Of a stretch of 64,000 nucleotides of DNA, positions 28,812 to 38,022 are shown piece by piece. The notes under the pieces were generated by a model. The model was not told the origin of the DNA. It ran no database searches and worked only from the letters and a program-made list of their open reading frames with translations. Origin of the DNA: Paraburkholderia sp. GTDB taxonomy: Bacteria > Pseudomonadota > Gammaproteobacteria > Burkholderiales > Burkholderiaceae. Where the stretch lies: NCBI GenBank assembly GCA_039593375.1, contig JBCNPL010000001.1, positions 8,862 to 72,861 on the forward strand. Direction: 5' to 3'. Within the stretch, counting starts at the first letter, position 1. Each line of letters begins with the position of its first letter. The position numbers and the translations under genes are program-made.

Positions 28812-29854
28812 CAGGCGAGCGCCTTCTCGACGCGGGCAAGCCAGTCGCCGTCAGGCTGAATCGACTTCGGATCCCATTGGCCCGTCGCGCCGGGGCCAAA
28901 CATCATTTGCCCCTCGTTGAACTGCCAGACGATCGCCTTCGGCGTGTTTTGCTTGAAGTCAGCCGATTCGAGGTAATCGACGAGCGTCTTCCACGGTCCC
29001 GTATCGCCGAACGTCCAAGTGAGTCCGACTGGCAGCTCGAGCACGTTCGAGAGTTTCTGCGGAAAGCCCAGATACGGCTGCACCATGCTGTTGCCGACCA
29101 CGTGCACGATGGGCGCCGTGCCCGCGAGCAGTCCGCCCTCCGCCTGCTCCTGACGAACGATGAACCGGTCCTTGCCGATCACGCGCTTGCGCTCTGGCGG
29201 CAGAAGATTGGCGAGGTCGCCGTAATTGACCTCTTCGGTCCAATCGCCGAGCGGCGTGCCGTCGCCGTGCGCGCCCTCGAGCGCCTTGCTCGCGCGCAGG
29301 CGCTCGGCCGTCGCATCGGCGAAGGCCTCCGAGGTATGGGCCGACCAGTGGTAGTCGGCACGGATGTACGTGCTGTCCGCACTCGTGTCCACGGCCTTGA
29401 GCGCCGCCTCGCCGTCCACCATGTCGAGCTTGATTTCCGCCGCGCGCGCAAGCAGCGCCGAGTAGCGCTTCATGACCGCATCGGACACGGCCTGTCCGTC
29501 AGGCAGCTTGTCGGCGCTCGCGCGCGCCTTGAGCGGCGCGATCACGGTCGTGCAGTGGATCCCGCGCGCGGCCATTCTGTCGGCCACCTTGCCGATCAGG
29601 TCGACGATGCGCAGGCAAGCGGGCGTCTCGTCTTCGACGAAGCTCTCCCAGCCCGGAAAGAGCCATCGATCGCGCCCTTCGATCACGGCCTGCTGCACCG
29701 CGCGCGCCGTGCGCGGCACGAACGGCAACGTGGCGAGCGGCAGCGCCGCGAACGCAAGCAAGAGACGGCGCCGCCGTACGTCATGAGCGGTATCGAGGGT
29801 GCCGGTTTGACGTATCGTCGTCGATTTCATGTCGATGGTCGGGTTCGTCTGCAT
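28811..29854 (-). CDS. AlgJ/AlgX-like SGNH acyltransferase with Tat-like signal
   Basis: VRRRRLLLAFAALP..ARA; VIEGRDRWLF, IAPLKAR, YIRADYHWS, VGNSMV, IVWQ; start 29854 or 29830. Confidence 0.85.
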   Translation of the reverse strand: MQTNPTIDMKSTTIRQTGTLDTAHDVRRRRLLLAFAALPLATLPFVPRTARAVQQAVIEGRDRWLFPGWESFVEDETPACLRIVDLIGKVADRMAARGIHCTTVIAPLKARASADKLPDGQAVSDAVMKRYSALLARAAEIKLDMVDGEAALKAVDTSADSTYIRADYHWSAHTSEAFADATAERLRASKALEGAHGDGTPLGDWTEEVNYGDLANLLPPERKRVIGKDRFIVRQEQAEGGLLAGTAPIVHVVGNSMVQPYLGFPQKLSNVLELPVGLTWTFGDTGPWKTLVDYLESADFKQNTPKAIVWQFNEGQMMFGPGATGQWDPKSIQPDGDWLARVEKALA

Positions 29855-29903
29855 TCGAAATTCGGGTGGCCCGCCGGGGCGGCCGCAAGATGCGCGGCGT
29901 GCG

Positions 29904-30671
29904 TCAATTCGCGGGCGCGGGCCAGGCCAGCTCGTCACGAGTGCCGCTCAGCACCGGCTTCGCCGCGGAGCCCGAGAGGATCAGCGTGTAGCTGTCGCCC
30001 GCCGCGAGTTTCGGCAGCGCGAACGCCGCCGTCGATGCGGGACCGCATTGCCCGACGAGATTCGCGGCGACAGGGTTGATCGTGCGCTCCGCCGCCTCGG
30101 CGGCGCGTACGTTCGCGAAGACGGCCGCGTGGCTGCCGTCGACGATCACTTTGCCGTCGCAGCCGCCCGCGAAGTTGAGGACGCGCAACGTCGCACGCAA
30201 TGCGTCGGTACGTGCGTAGGGCATCGCGATCCGCTGCGTGTGCCAGCCCTCGGCGTCGCGCGTGAGCGCAACCGTGATGACCGTCCCGGCCGTCGCGTTC
30301 GTCGCCGCGAGCGCATCGGCCGGTGCCTTGGCGCTCGGCTCGGGCGCGAAGTCCTTGCCGTCGACGGCCACGCGCAACGGCGTGCCCGCCGTGACGACGC
30401 TCAGCTTCGTCGCCGCGCCCGCCGCGAGGACGCCGGCGCGCGCGCTGCCCGGGAGCGCGACGCGCACCGCCTGCCCCGACAGGTTGACGGCGCGCAGATA
30501 GGTCGCATCGGCTGGCGGCTGCGGACCGTAGAGGTTTGCCACGTCTTGCGCGGCGGCACGCGCCGCGTTCGGCGCGACGATCGCGCAAAGCGCGACGGCA
30601 GCCGCGCAGCAAGCGACAAGGCTCGGGCTCAAATTCGATGGCTTCATCTTCGTCTTGCGTTCGTTCATCAT
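29904..30671 (-). CDS. AlgF-like periplasmic acylation accessory protein
   Basis: Signal peptide then LYGPQPPADATYLRAVN; second repeat ATLRVLN; LAAGDSYTL. Confidence 0.8.
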   Translation of the reverse strand: MMNERKTKMKPSNLSPSLVACCAAAVALCAIVAPNAARAAAQDVANLYGPQPPADATYLRAVNLSGQAVRVALPGSARAGVLAAGAATKLSVVTAGTPLRVAVDGKDFAPEPSAKAPADALAATNATAGTVITVALTRDAEGWHTQRIAMPYARTDALRATLRVLNFAGGCDGKVIVDGSHAAVFANVRAAEAAERTINPVAANLVGQCGPASTAAFALPKLAAGDSYTLILSGSAAKPVLSGTRDELAWPAPAN

Positions 30672-30749
30672 TGCTTCGTCGTACTGGATCGGCGGAGCAC
30701 TCGGCGCCGCATGCGCCGTCGCGCGCCTGTCTCTCGGCCAGTCCGCCGA

Positions 30750-33476
30750 TCAGTAAGAAAACACCGTTTCGAAAAACACCCCGCGTGCGCGATCGTCGCC
30801 TGCCAACCTGAGCCGGTATTGCAGCGAGAGATCGACATACGAGCGCGGCGCATCGTACTTGCTGTCGCGGAATACATAGCGCGTCGACACGCCGAGCCCC
30901 GCGCCGAGCGGGATGCTGCGGTCGATGCTCGAGTCGTAGTCGGCGCCGATCACGGCATACGGGAACACAGTCCAGCGTGGCGTCACGCGGTCGATCCGGA
31001 ACGTGCGCCCGGCTTCGAGGCTCGCCGTCGCGTACGTCGAGCCCGCGTTGACGAAGTGCCCCGCTTCCGCGTAGCCCTGGACCGTCCACCAGGACGGCAC
31101 GTCGATGCGCCGCTCGGTGCCGATGCCGCCCGAGTAGCCGATCCGCGCGAGCCAGTCGCCCTGCGCCCGCGAGCCGATCGCCACGATGCGCTCGAATGCG
31201 ACGATCGCATCGAGATCCGCGAACGGCTTCGCACGCGCGCCGAACGCCGCCTCGAGCGTGCTCGCGCCGCTCGCGTCTCCGCCCTTCACGCCGAAGCTTT
31301 CGTCGCCGCGCGCATAGACTTCGAATAGCCGGTCGCCGAGACTGCCGAACGGCCGCCAGTACGCCTCGACGCCCGCCTGCCAGTTGTTTGTGATAGTCGG
31401 CGACGGCGTCGCCGTGAACCCGGACTGCAGCCCGGCGCTACGGTAGCCGAGCGATGCTTCGAAGCCCCACTTGCGCGTCGCCTCCGCATGCGCGGTGCGC
31501 AGGTCCTCGACTTGTTGGCGCGCCGCCAGCGAATTCGTCTTCGTGCCCGACGACGCGTCGATCGCACGCTCGAAATAGCGCGCCGCATCGGCGTCGCGGT
31601 CCGCCGCGAGACCAGCGTAGCCCGCGTCGGCGAACTCGTCGGCCGACAGCTTGCCGCCGGTCGCCGCGCGCCGGAAATCGCGCACCGCACGCTTGTCGTC
31701 GCCGGCGCGCAGCGCAACGTAGGCGGCAGAAATCGGCGTGAGCGCGTCGAGCATGCCGTCGCGGACCATCGCGCGCGCCTCGGCACCGGCCTCCTTCGTC
31801 TCGCCCGCATCGTCGAGCGCATCGACGAGTTCCATGCGATGCAGCGCGCTCGTCGGCGCGGCCGCGACCGCTTCGCGCGCGAAGCGCACGGCGCCCTTCT
31901 TGTCGCCACGCTCGGCGGCCCGCTCGGAGGCGCGTGCCGCCGCGAATCCCGGATCCGCCGGCGACGGATCGCAGCCGGCACCGAACTCGTCGACGTCGCA
32001 TTCGACCGACGGGCGCGCATTCGCGGCCACCTGCGCCGCAAGCGTGCGGGTGTCGGCCGGGCCCGCCGGCGAGGCGGCGGAAGCAGCGTGAACGCCTGAA
32101 GCAGAGGAAGCGCTCGCCGCGGTCGAAGCGGCCACCGGTCCCGATGCCGCGGCAGCCACCGACGTGCGTCCGGCCGCGCCGATACGCCGCCGCGCACGAT
32201 CGATCCGCTCGACGATCAGCGCATCGGTATCGTCCCCGGTAGGGCGCAGAGCCGTGAGCTTCTCGAGTGCACGCTGCGGACGACCTTCCTCGATCCAGAT
32301 GTCGGCCGCGATCGCGCGCGCAATGTTCTGGCTCGCGCGCGTCGCGTCGCTGTCGTGAAATACCTGGTCGAGGTCGGGCTCGGCCGCGTCGAACCGCTGC
32401 TGCGCCGCGCGTGCGTATGCGCGGAACATGTACGGCATCAGTTCGGTGTTGTCGTACGCGATCGCGTCGCTCGCCGCCGCCTCGAGCGCGGGCCACTCGC
32501 GCTGGGCCGCGAGTACGTCGAAGAGCTCGATCCGATAGTCGATCGCGTCGGGCGCATAATCGACCGCATTGCGCGCGGCCCGCTCCGCGACCGCGAAGTC
32601 GCCTTTCGCCCGCGCGTCGTATGCATCGACGGACGCCTTCAACGAAAGCCGCGAACCGACGAACAGACGCCGCAGGCGCAGATCTTCGTTGTCGCCGAGG
32701 TGCTTCACCGCGTCGACATCGGCGTCCCACGCGAGCTTGTCGTCGCCGGCGGCGCCGGCCGCGTCGATCAACAGCAGACGCAGGCGCAGTACATCGGGAC
32801 GCAGCGCGATCGCCTCTTGCGCATGCTTGACCGCGCTCGTGAACTCCTTCGCGTTGTACGCCTTGTAGGCCTGCTGCGCGGCGGCATAAGCGGCCCCGCT
32901 CAGTCGGTCGGGATCCGTTGCCTGCGTCGAATGGCCCGCACGCGCGACGGCACGCGTCGACGCGCTCAGCGCGTCGATCTGCCTGCGTCGCGATACGAGC
33001 GCGCGGTCCGCGCCGAGTTGCGCGATGGCCTCGCGCAGCGACCGGCTCGCTTCGCCATAGCGGCGCTGCGCGGCGAGCACATTGGCAAGCAAGAGGCGCA
33101 GCGATACCACATCGGGCCGCTGGCGGATCGCTTCGCGCGCACGTGCAAGCGCAAGCTTGTAATCGCCACGTCCATAGGCGGCATAGGCTTGCTGCGCAAC
33201 GCGGTAGGCGGCACCCTCGAGCGGCAGCGAGATCCGCTCGACGCCCACCGCTCGCGGCGCATGGGCGGCAGGCTGCGCAAGCGCCGCACTGCCCGCGCAG
33301 GACAGACCCGCTGCCAGCGCAAAAGCCAATGCCGCTCGCGTGACGGCCCCGGTGGAGATCGACGACGGATGAGCATTTCGCCGAAACGCCGGATCGCGCC
33401 CGCGCAACACCAGGCACGAATTTGCCGCGATCGAGCGCGTCAGCCCCGCGCGCCGTTTCAGAATCGATTCGATCAT
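30750..33476 (-). CDS. nfrA: NfrA-like TPR + outer-membrane beta-barrel export protein
   Basis: ATGA overlap with the nfrB stop; signal peptide; TPRs (AYAAY..AI.QRPD..LRLLL); barrel GVEAYWRP, GARAKP, DWLAR, LQYR; terminal aromatic FSY. Confidence 0.85.
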   Translation of the reverse strand: MIESILKRRAGLTRSIAANSCLVLRGRDPAFRRNAHPSSISTGAVTRAALAFALAAGLSCAGSAALAQPAAHAPRAVGVERISLPLEGAAYRVAQQAYAAYGRGDYKLALARAREAIRQRPDVVSLRLLLANVLAAQRRYGEASRSLREAIAQLGADRALVSRRRQIDALSASTRAVARAGHSTQATDPDRLSGAAYAAAQQAYKAYNAKEFTSAVKHAQEAIALRPDVLRLRLLLIDAAGAAGDDKLAWDADVDAVKHLGDNEDLRLRRLFVGSRLSLKASVDAYDARAKGDFAVAERAARNAVDYAPDAIDYRIELFDVLAAQREWPALEAAASDAIAYDNTELMPYMFRAYARAAQQRFDAAEPDLDQVFHDSDATRASQNIARAIAADIWIEEGRPQRALEKLTALRPTGDDTDALIVERIDRARRRIGAAGRTSVAAAASGPVAASTAASASSASGVHAASAASPAGPADTRTLAAQVAANARPSVECDVDEFGAGCDPSPADPGFAAARASERAAERGDKKGAVRFAREAVAAAPTSALHRMELVDALDDAGETKEAGAEARAMVRDGMLDALTPISAAYVALRAGDDKRAVRDFRRAATGGKLSADEFADAGYAGLAADRDADAARYFERAIDASSGTKTNSLAARQQVEDLRTAHAEATRKWGFEASLGYRSAGLQSGFTATPSPTITNNWQAGVEAYWRPFGSLGDRLFEVYARGDESFGVKGGDASGASTLEAAFGARAKPFADLDAIVAFERIVAIGSRAQGDWLARIGYSGGIGTERRIDVPSWWTVQGYAEAGHFVNAGSTYATASLEAGRTFRIDRVTPRWTVFPYAVIGADYDSSIDRSIPLGAGLGVSTRYVFRDSKYDAPRSYVDLSLQYRLRLAGDDRARGVFFETVFSY

Positions 33477-35662
33477 TGGGATGCCGCCAAAGCGCTCTGC
33501 AGACGGCGCTGTTCCTGGATGACGTTCTCGAGCGCGTCGCGCGAGATCACGTCGCACGCCACCATGTAGTCGCCGATGCGGCCATGCTGCTCCGGACGAT
33601 AGTTCTGCATGGCGGTTTCGAAAGCCTCGCGAGTCACGTGGCCGTGCTCGATGAGCAGATCGCCGAGAAGCGGCACGCCGCGCGCCGACACCGGCGCGAC
33701 GCCATCGTCTCCCGCCGTGCCGCCGGGCAAGGCCGCCGACGTGGCGACGCCACGCAGCGCGCGCAATCCCGCTGCTATCTCCCCTTCACGGACAATCTGT
33801 TGCGTGACACGGCCCGCGACGCTTGCCCCGATTTCCGCGAGTACTGCCTCGGCGACGGGGCTTGCCGTCAGGAGCACCGTATGCTGGCCCGACGGATCCG
33901 ACTCATCGGCCTGCGGCAACACACGATGACGCACGATCGTATCGAGGGGCAAACGATCGGCATCGAGCGGCAGCCGCCCGATATTCAGTCTGCCGCGAGG
34001 TAAATCGGCCTGAAACGCAATGGCTTCGGCGAGCGTTTCCTCGTCGAGCCACCCCTTCGCCATCAGCACGCGTCCAAGAGGCGCTTCGCGCGCGTGGCTT
34101 TCGCCTAGTGCCTGCTCGAGCCGCTCGGAATCGATCGCCTGCCACGAGAGCAGCAATTCGCCGAGCCGCTGGCGGCGCCCGCCCGTCAGGCCGTCCGCCG
34201 ACGGAAAGTCGTGCATCGTCTTGTCCCAGGCGAGCCGCTTGCCCGTGACGAGGTGTGCGAGAAAGAGCCGCCAGGCGCGGGCTACCGCCAGGAAGTTGAT
34301 GAAATTGGCGACCACCATGCGCGGGATCGACATCAAGCCGTGCTCCCAGCCGTAGAGCCGCGTGACGAAGTAGACGCGCTGGACGACACGCAGGATCACC
34401 GCGACGCCGTTGAGCCAAAGGACGGTCTGCATCCATCGGGAATCGACGAACGGCGAGCGCGGCAGATCGGGGGCCAGCCCCATTGCACCCGCGGCCATGA
34501 AGATCAGAAACTGGATCAAGAGCACGTACGCGGCGATGCTGACGAACGCGGCCACGATGCCCTTGCGATCGCGGAACAGCAGATAGCGGTTCGCGAGCGA
34601 ACCGGACCAGCCCGTGAGCTTCCACCCTTGCAGGCCGATGCCGAGGGCCCAGCGTGCGCGCTGCCGGTACGAAGTGCGCAATGTGTCAGGAAAGAATTCG
34701 CGAACGCAAAGCGGCATCGTGATCGTCACCTCGCGCGACTTGCCGAGCCCGAACCAAGTCGTGCGGCGCGAGCGGTACTGCACCGGGAAACGCGCGAAGA
34801 TCGACTGCATGCCGAGTTTCCGAAGGCGCGCGCCGATGTCGTAATCTTCCGTGAGGCTGTCCGTGTTGAATGGCTGGTTTTGCGTAGCGGCGGCAAGCGC
34901 CAGCAAGGCGCGCCGAGAAAAACAGGTGCCGACGCCGGCGGAGGGCACGGCCCCCGCCAGGCTCTCGCGCACGACGAGATCCTTCGCATGCCATTCGGCA
35001 AACTCGTCCATGTAGGTGCCGGCCACGAGCTCGTACCAATGCCGCTCGAGCGATGCCACCGGCAGCTGGATCATGTCCTTGCGCGGCAGCAGGTAGTTGA
35101 AAAACTTCAGCTCGAGCGGATGCAGCACGTCTTCGCTGTCATGGAGCACGACGCCCGCGAACTCGATCCCTGCGTCGCGCTCGTATTTGAAGATCGCCTG
35201 AATCACCCAGTTGAGGCAATCGGCCTTGCAGGTGGGACCGTCGTGCGGCACCTCGACGCGACGCAACTGGCGGTAGCGGCGCCGCATGCGCTCCACCTCC
35301 GCGATCGTGCGCGCGTCGTTGCGGTAGGTGCCGACGAACACGATGTAGTGGCGATAGTCGAGCACGCGGACCATGTCCTCGATCATCGCCGCAATGACGT
35401 CGTATTCGAGCCATGCGGGCACCATGATCGCCAGCGGCTGTTCCGAGCGGGCATGGAGCTGCTCGACCGTGAGCGGCCGATACACGCGCTTGATCGTCGC
35501 CGTGCGCCACGCTTCGCGGACCCAGAACCAAAGGTCCACGAAGAGATCGTCGGCGCTCGAAAGCAGGATCAGCACCGCAACGAAGCATGCGCACGAACGC
35601 AGCCAGTCGTAGTACTGCGCAGCGTAGTAGCCGGCGTAGAGATCCATGGCGTCCAAGCTCAC
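33473..35662 (-). CDS. nfrB: NfrB-like GT2 polysaccharide synthase with MshEN c-di-GMP-binding domains
   Basis: GTGA overlap start (alternative ATG 35647); PLAIMVPAW, FVGTY.ND, GPTCKADCLN, LHDSED, VPSAGVGTCFSRRA, LTEDY, RQRARW, WDKT.HDFP, RLGELL, PLGRVL, LLGDLL, RIGDYM. Confidence 0.93.
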   Translation of the reverse strand: MSLDAMDLYAGYYAAQYYDWLRSCACFVAVLILLSSADDLFVDLWFWVREAWRTATIKRVYRPLTVEQLHARSEQPLAIMVPAWLEYDVIAAMIEDMVRVLDYRHYIVFVGTYRNDARTIAEVERMRRRYRQLRRVEVPHDGPTCKADCLNWVIQAIFKYERDAGIEFAGVVLHDSEDVLHPLELKFFNYLLPRKDMIQLPVASLERHWYELVAGTYMDEFAEWHAKDLVVRESLAGAVPSAGVGTCFSRRALLALAAATQNQPFNTDSLTEDYDIGARLRKLGMQSIFARFPVQYRSRRTTWFGLGKSREVTITMPLCVREFFPDTLRTSYRQRARWALGIGLQGWKLTGWSGSLANRYLLFRDRKGIVAAFVSIAAYVLLIQFLIFMAAGAMGLAPDLPRSPFVDSRWMQTVLWLNGVAVILRVVQRVYFVTRLYGWEHGLMSIPRMVVANFINFLAVARAWRLFLAHLVTGKRLAWDKTMHDFPSADGLTGGRRQRLGELLLSWQAIDSERLEQALGESHAREAPLGRVLMAKGWLDEETLAEAIAFQADLPRGRLNIGRLPLDADRLPLDTIVRHRVLPQADESDPSGQHTVLLTASPVAEAVLAEIGASVAGRVTQQIVREGEIAAGLRALRGVATSAALPGGTAGDDGVAPVSARGVPLLGDLLIEHGHVTREAFETAMQNYRPEQHGRIGDYMVACDVISRDALENVIQEQRRLQSALAASQ

Positions 35663-38022
35663 TCGCCGGCCCGATTGCGCTCCTTGCTCCGGCGCACGAA
35701 CGAAGCCAGCAGGAGCAATACAGCGAAAGCGGCTACGATCGCGGCCGGCACGACCCACATGAGCCACTGCCGAGTCCACGGGGTCGCCGCGCTGCCTTCC
35801 GGCAGCGAGCCCGCGTGCACGGTATCGAGCTGCCGCAGCACGCCGCTGCTATCGATCACCGCGACGTCGCCGCGTGCAAGCTGAAACGACGTCGGCAGAA
35901 CCGGGGCATGCGCGCCGACGCTGCGATAGACCACGCCCGCCGTGCCGCCCGCATGCTCCACATCGAGAACGCCGATACCCGTCAGCTTCGCGACACCGCC
36001 CACATCGTAGAGCGGCGCCTCGTCGGGGCCCAGGATCGAGAGTCCATCGTTGGCGACGCGCACGTGCGACTTGGCGCCGGCAAGCGGCACGTCGATGGCG
36101 AAGAAGGGCCCGGCCGGCGTCGCATCCTGGCCGTCGGGCGTCACGGTGAGCACGGCGCGTTGCGGCGCGACACCCACCGCATCCGCGAGGCGCGCCACGC
36201 GCCGCAGTGTCACGGGCGCGTCAGCGAGATACGACGCGGGGACCATGATGGTGGCGCTCTGCGCGAAGCGCGCCACCATGCCCGTGAAACTGTCGTCGCC
36301 GTCGGCTCGCGCGAGCGTCAGATGGCTGCTCGGCAGCACGGCGACCGGGTACCCGAGTCGAGTCGTACAGCCACCGTCGGGCGGACGCTTGAACGTCACG
36401 CGCAAGACATTGCGCGCGGCAAGCGCGTAAGGCGGAATGCCGGCAACGACGCGTTGCGTGCGGCCGTCCGCATCGAGCAGCTTCGCGCCTATCAGCACGT
36501 CGTTGAAGTAGATGGATGCGACGGGCCGGTTGCCGGAGCTGTTCGGCGCGGCGGCCAGATCGAGCACGACCTCCTTGGGCAAGCGTCCGGCGCTGGCAAC
36601 CGCGCCCGTATCGAAGGCCGCGCTCCACGACGCCTCGCCGCGCACGTCGACAGCGCGCGGATCACCGCCCAGCGCAGCGAGCGCCACGACGTCCGCCTTG
36701 CCGTTCGCGCCGCTCTCGATGTCGTGCACGACGAGTTGGTCCGATACATCGATCGGACGCCAAGCTTGCGCGAGCACGTCGATGGCCTTGCTGTCGCTCA
36801 CGACGATCGCCGCCTGCCCACCGAGATGCGCGAGGCGCGTTTCGCCCGCCGCCAGCGGCGTCGCAAGCGGCGCCAGCGCGCGCTTGCGCCACGCGTCGAG
36901 CGCGTCGGCATCCTCACGGGAGACGCTTTGGGCTTGAGCTTGCAGCGCGTCGAGCGACGCGTTGAGCGCCGCGCGCAGCGCATCGTCGGCGACGATCAGG
37001 TTCGCTGGCCATACGCGCTCGGGCGCGAGCGCGATCAGGGCGCCGATTTCCGCGTCGTTCGCGAGCCGATGGCTTCCGCCGGCCGCAAGCGCGGCGAACG
37101 CGGGCAACGCGCGCAGCGCGACCGGCACGTTGAGCGTGCCGAGGTCGATCGTGTCGCCGACCTTCGGCCACGCACGGATCGAGACTTCGCGCCCATCGCG
37201 CTGCATCAGCGCCGCGGCGCGCCAAGCGGCATCGTAGCTCGACGCACCCACGCGCTGCGCCGCGATGACGATCGACGGCGTCTGCGGCAACGCTGTCAAC
37301 GCCGTGCGCAGATCTTTCACGTCGTTCGTGTCGTAGCGATAGGTGAGTCGCGTGGTAGGCGCGACGCGCAGCACATTGCCGAGCGCCGTCTGGTCCGCGC
37401 ATACCGCGTTGTCGATCACCGACGACCACGTGAAAGCGACGCGGACAAAACCGCCAGGACGCGGATCGCCGCTCACGCCGAGCGCGGCGGCAGCGTCGCC
37501 GCTCGGCTGCGTGAACCCGCGGGCAAGCACGGGGGAGCCGTCGAGCGAGACCAGCATCGTCGTCCGACCGCCGTCGGCGCGAAGATAGTCAGCATCGACG
37601 TGTAACTCCGCGCCGTCGAGCGGCACGCCGGCCGGGACCGGGAAGTAGTATTCGCGGACCGCTTGCGGCGCGTCGAGCACGACCGTGTCGCGCACACCGA
37701 GACGGCCGAGCACCACGTTGCGCGAGCTCACGCTGTTGCCCGGGTTGGCGAGCGCCTGCGCGAAGTCTCCCATGCGCGCGGGCGCCTCCACGGCGGAGGC
37801 CGCCGCGGGTGCGGCCGATTGCGCGGACGCGACGCTGCCCACGGCCGCGAGCGAGCAGCCTAGCAGCCACGAGCCTGCGACGGTCAGGCGACGGAAAACC
37901 GGGTTACGGCGAATGCGTGGCGCACGGTCGGCGCACGATGCGAAAGCTGGATTCACGATTGTCTGATGTCGAAAAGGGCAACGGGACCGGGCGCGCACTG
38001 GTGCGCGCGACGGCGTGTTCAT
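35659..38022 (-). CDS. BcsB-like periplasmic co-polymerase subunit with C-terminal membrane anchor
   Basis: ATGA overlap with the wecB stop; signal peptide ..ASA|Q; two beta-sandwich + alpha/beta repeats (EYYFPVP..VSLDG; IYFNDVLI..NVLRVTF); C-terminal TM WLMWVVPAAIVAAFAVLLLLASF then RRSK. Confidence 0.72.
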   Translation of the reverse strand: MNTPSRAPVRARSRCPFRHQTIVNPAFASCADRAPRIRRNPVFRRLTVAGSWLLGCSLAAVGSVASAQSAAPAAASAVEAPARMGDFAQALANPGNSVSSRNVVLGRLGVRDTVVLDAPQAVREYYFPVPAGVPLDGAELHVDADYLRADGGRTTMLVSLDGSPVLARGFTQPSGDAAAALGVSGDPRPGGFVRVAFTWSSVIDNAVCADQTALGNVLRVAPTTRLTYRYDTNDVKDLRTALTALPQTPSIVIAAQRVGASSYDAAWRAAALMQRDGREVSIRAWPKVGDTIDLGTLNVPVALRALPAFAALAAGGSHRLANDAEIGALIALAPERVWPANLIVADDALRAALNASLDALQAQAQSVSREDADALDAWRKRALAPLATPLAAGETRLAHLGGQAAIVVSDSKAIDVLAQAWRPIDVSDQLVVHDIESGANGKADVVALAALGGDPRAVDVRGEASWSAAFDTGAVASAGRLPKEVVLDLAAAPNSSGNRPVASIYFNDVLIGAKLLDADGRTQRVVAGIPPYALAARNVLRVTFKRPPDGGCTTRLGYPVAVLPSSHLTLARADGDDSFTGMVARFAQSATIMVPASYLADAPVTLRRVARLADAVGVAPQRAVLTVTPDGQDATPAGPFFAIDVPLAGAKSHVRVANDGLSILGPDEAPLYDVGGVAKLTGIGVLDVEHAGGTAGVVYRSVGAHAPVLPTSFQLARGDVAVIDSSGVLRQLDTVHAGSLPEGSAATPWTRQWLMWVVPAAIVAAFAVLLLLASFVRRSKERNRAGE

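Noticed and set aside
35587-37605. Long alternative-frame ORFs (also 14807..16615, 31438..33417, 34211..35884, 45895..47445, 47432..49129)
   Set aside because: Arg/Ala-rich shadow ORFs overlapping well-supported genes, as expected in high-GC DNA
25965-38022. True alginate or cellulose operon
   Set aside because: No algD/alg8/alg44/algE or bcsA/bcsC/bcsZ; the synthase is NfrB-type and the precursor gene is wecB
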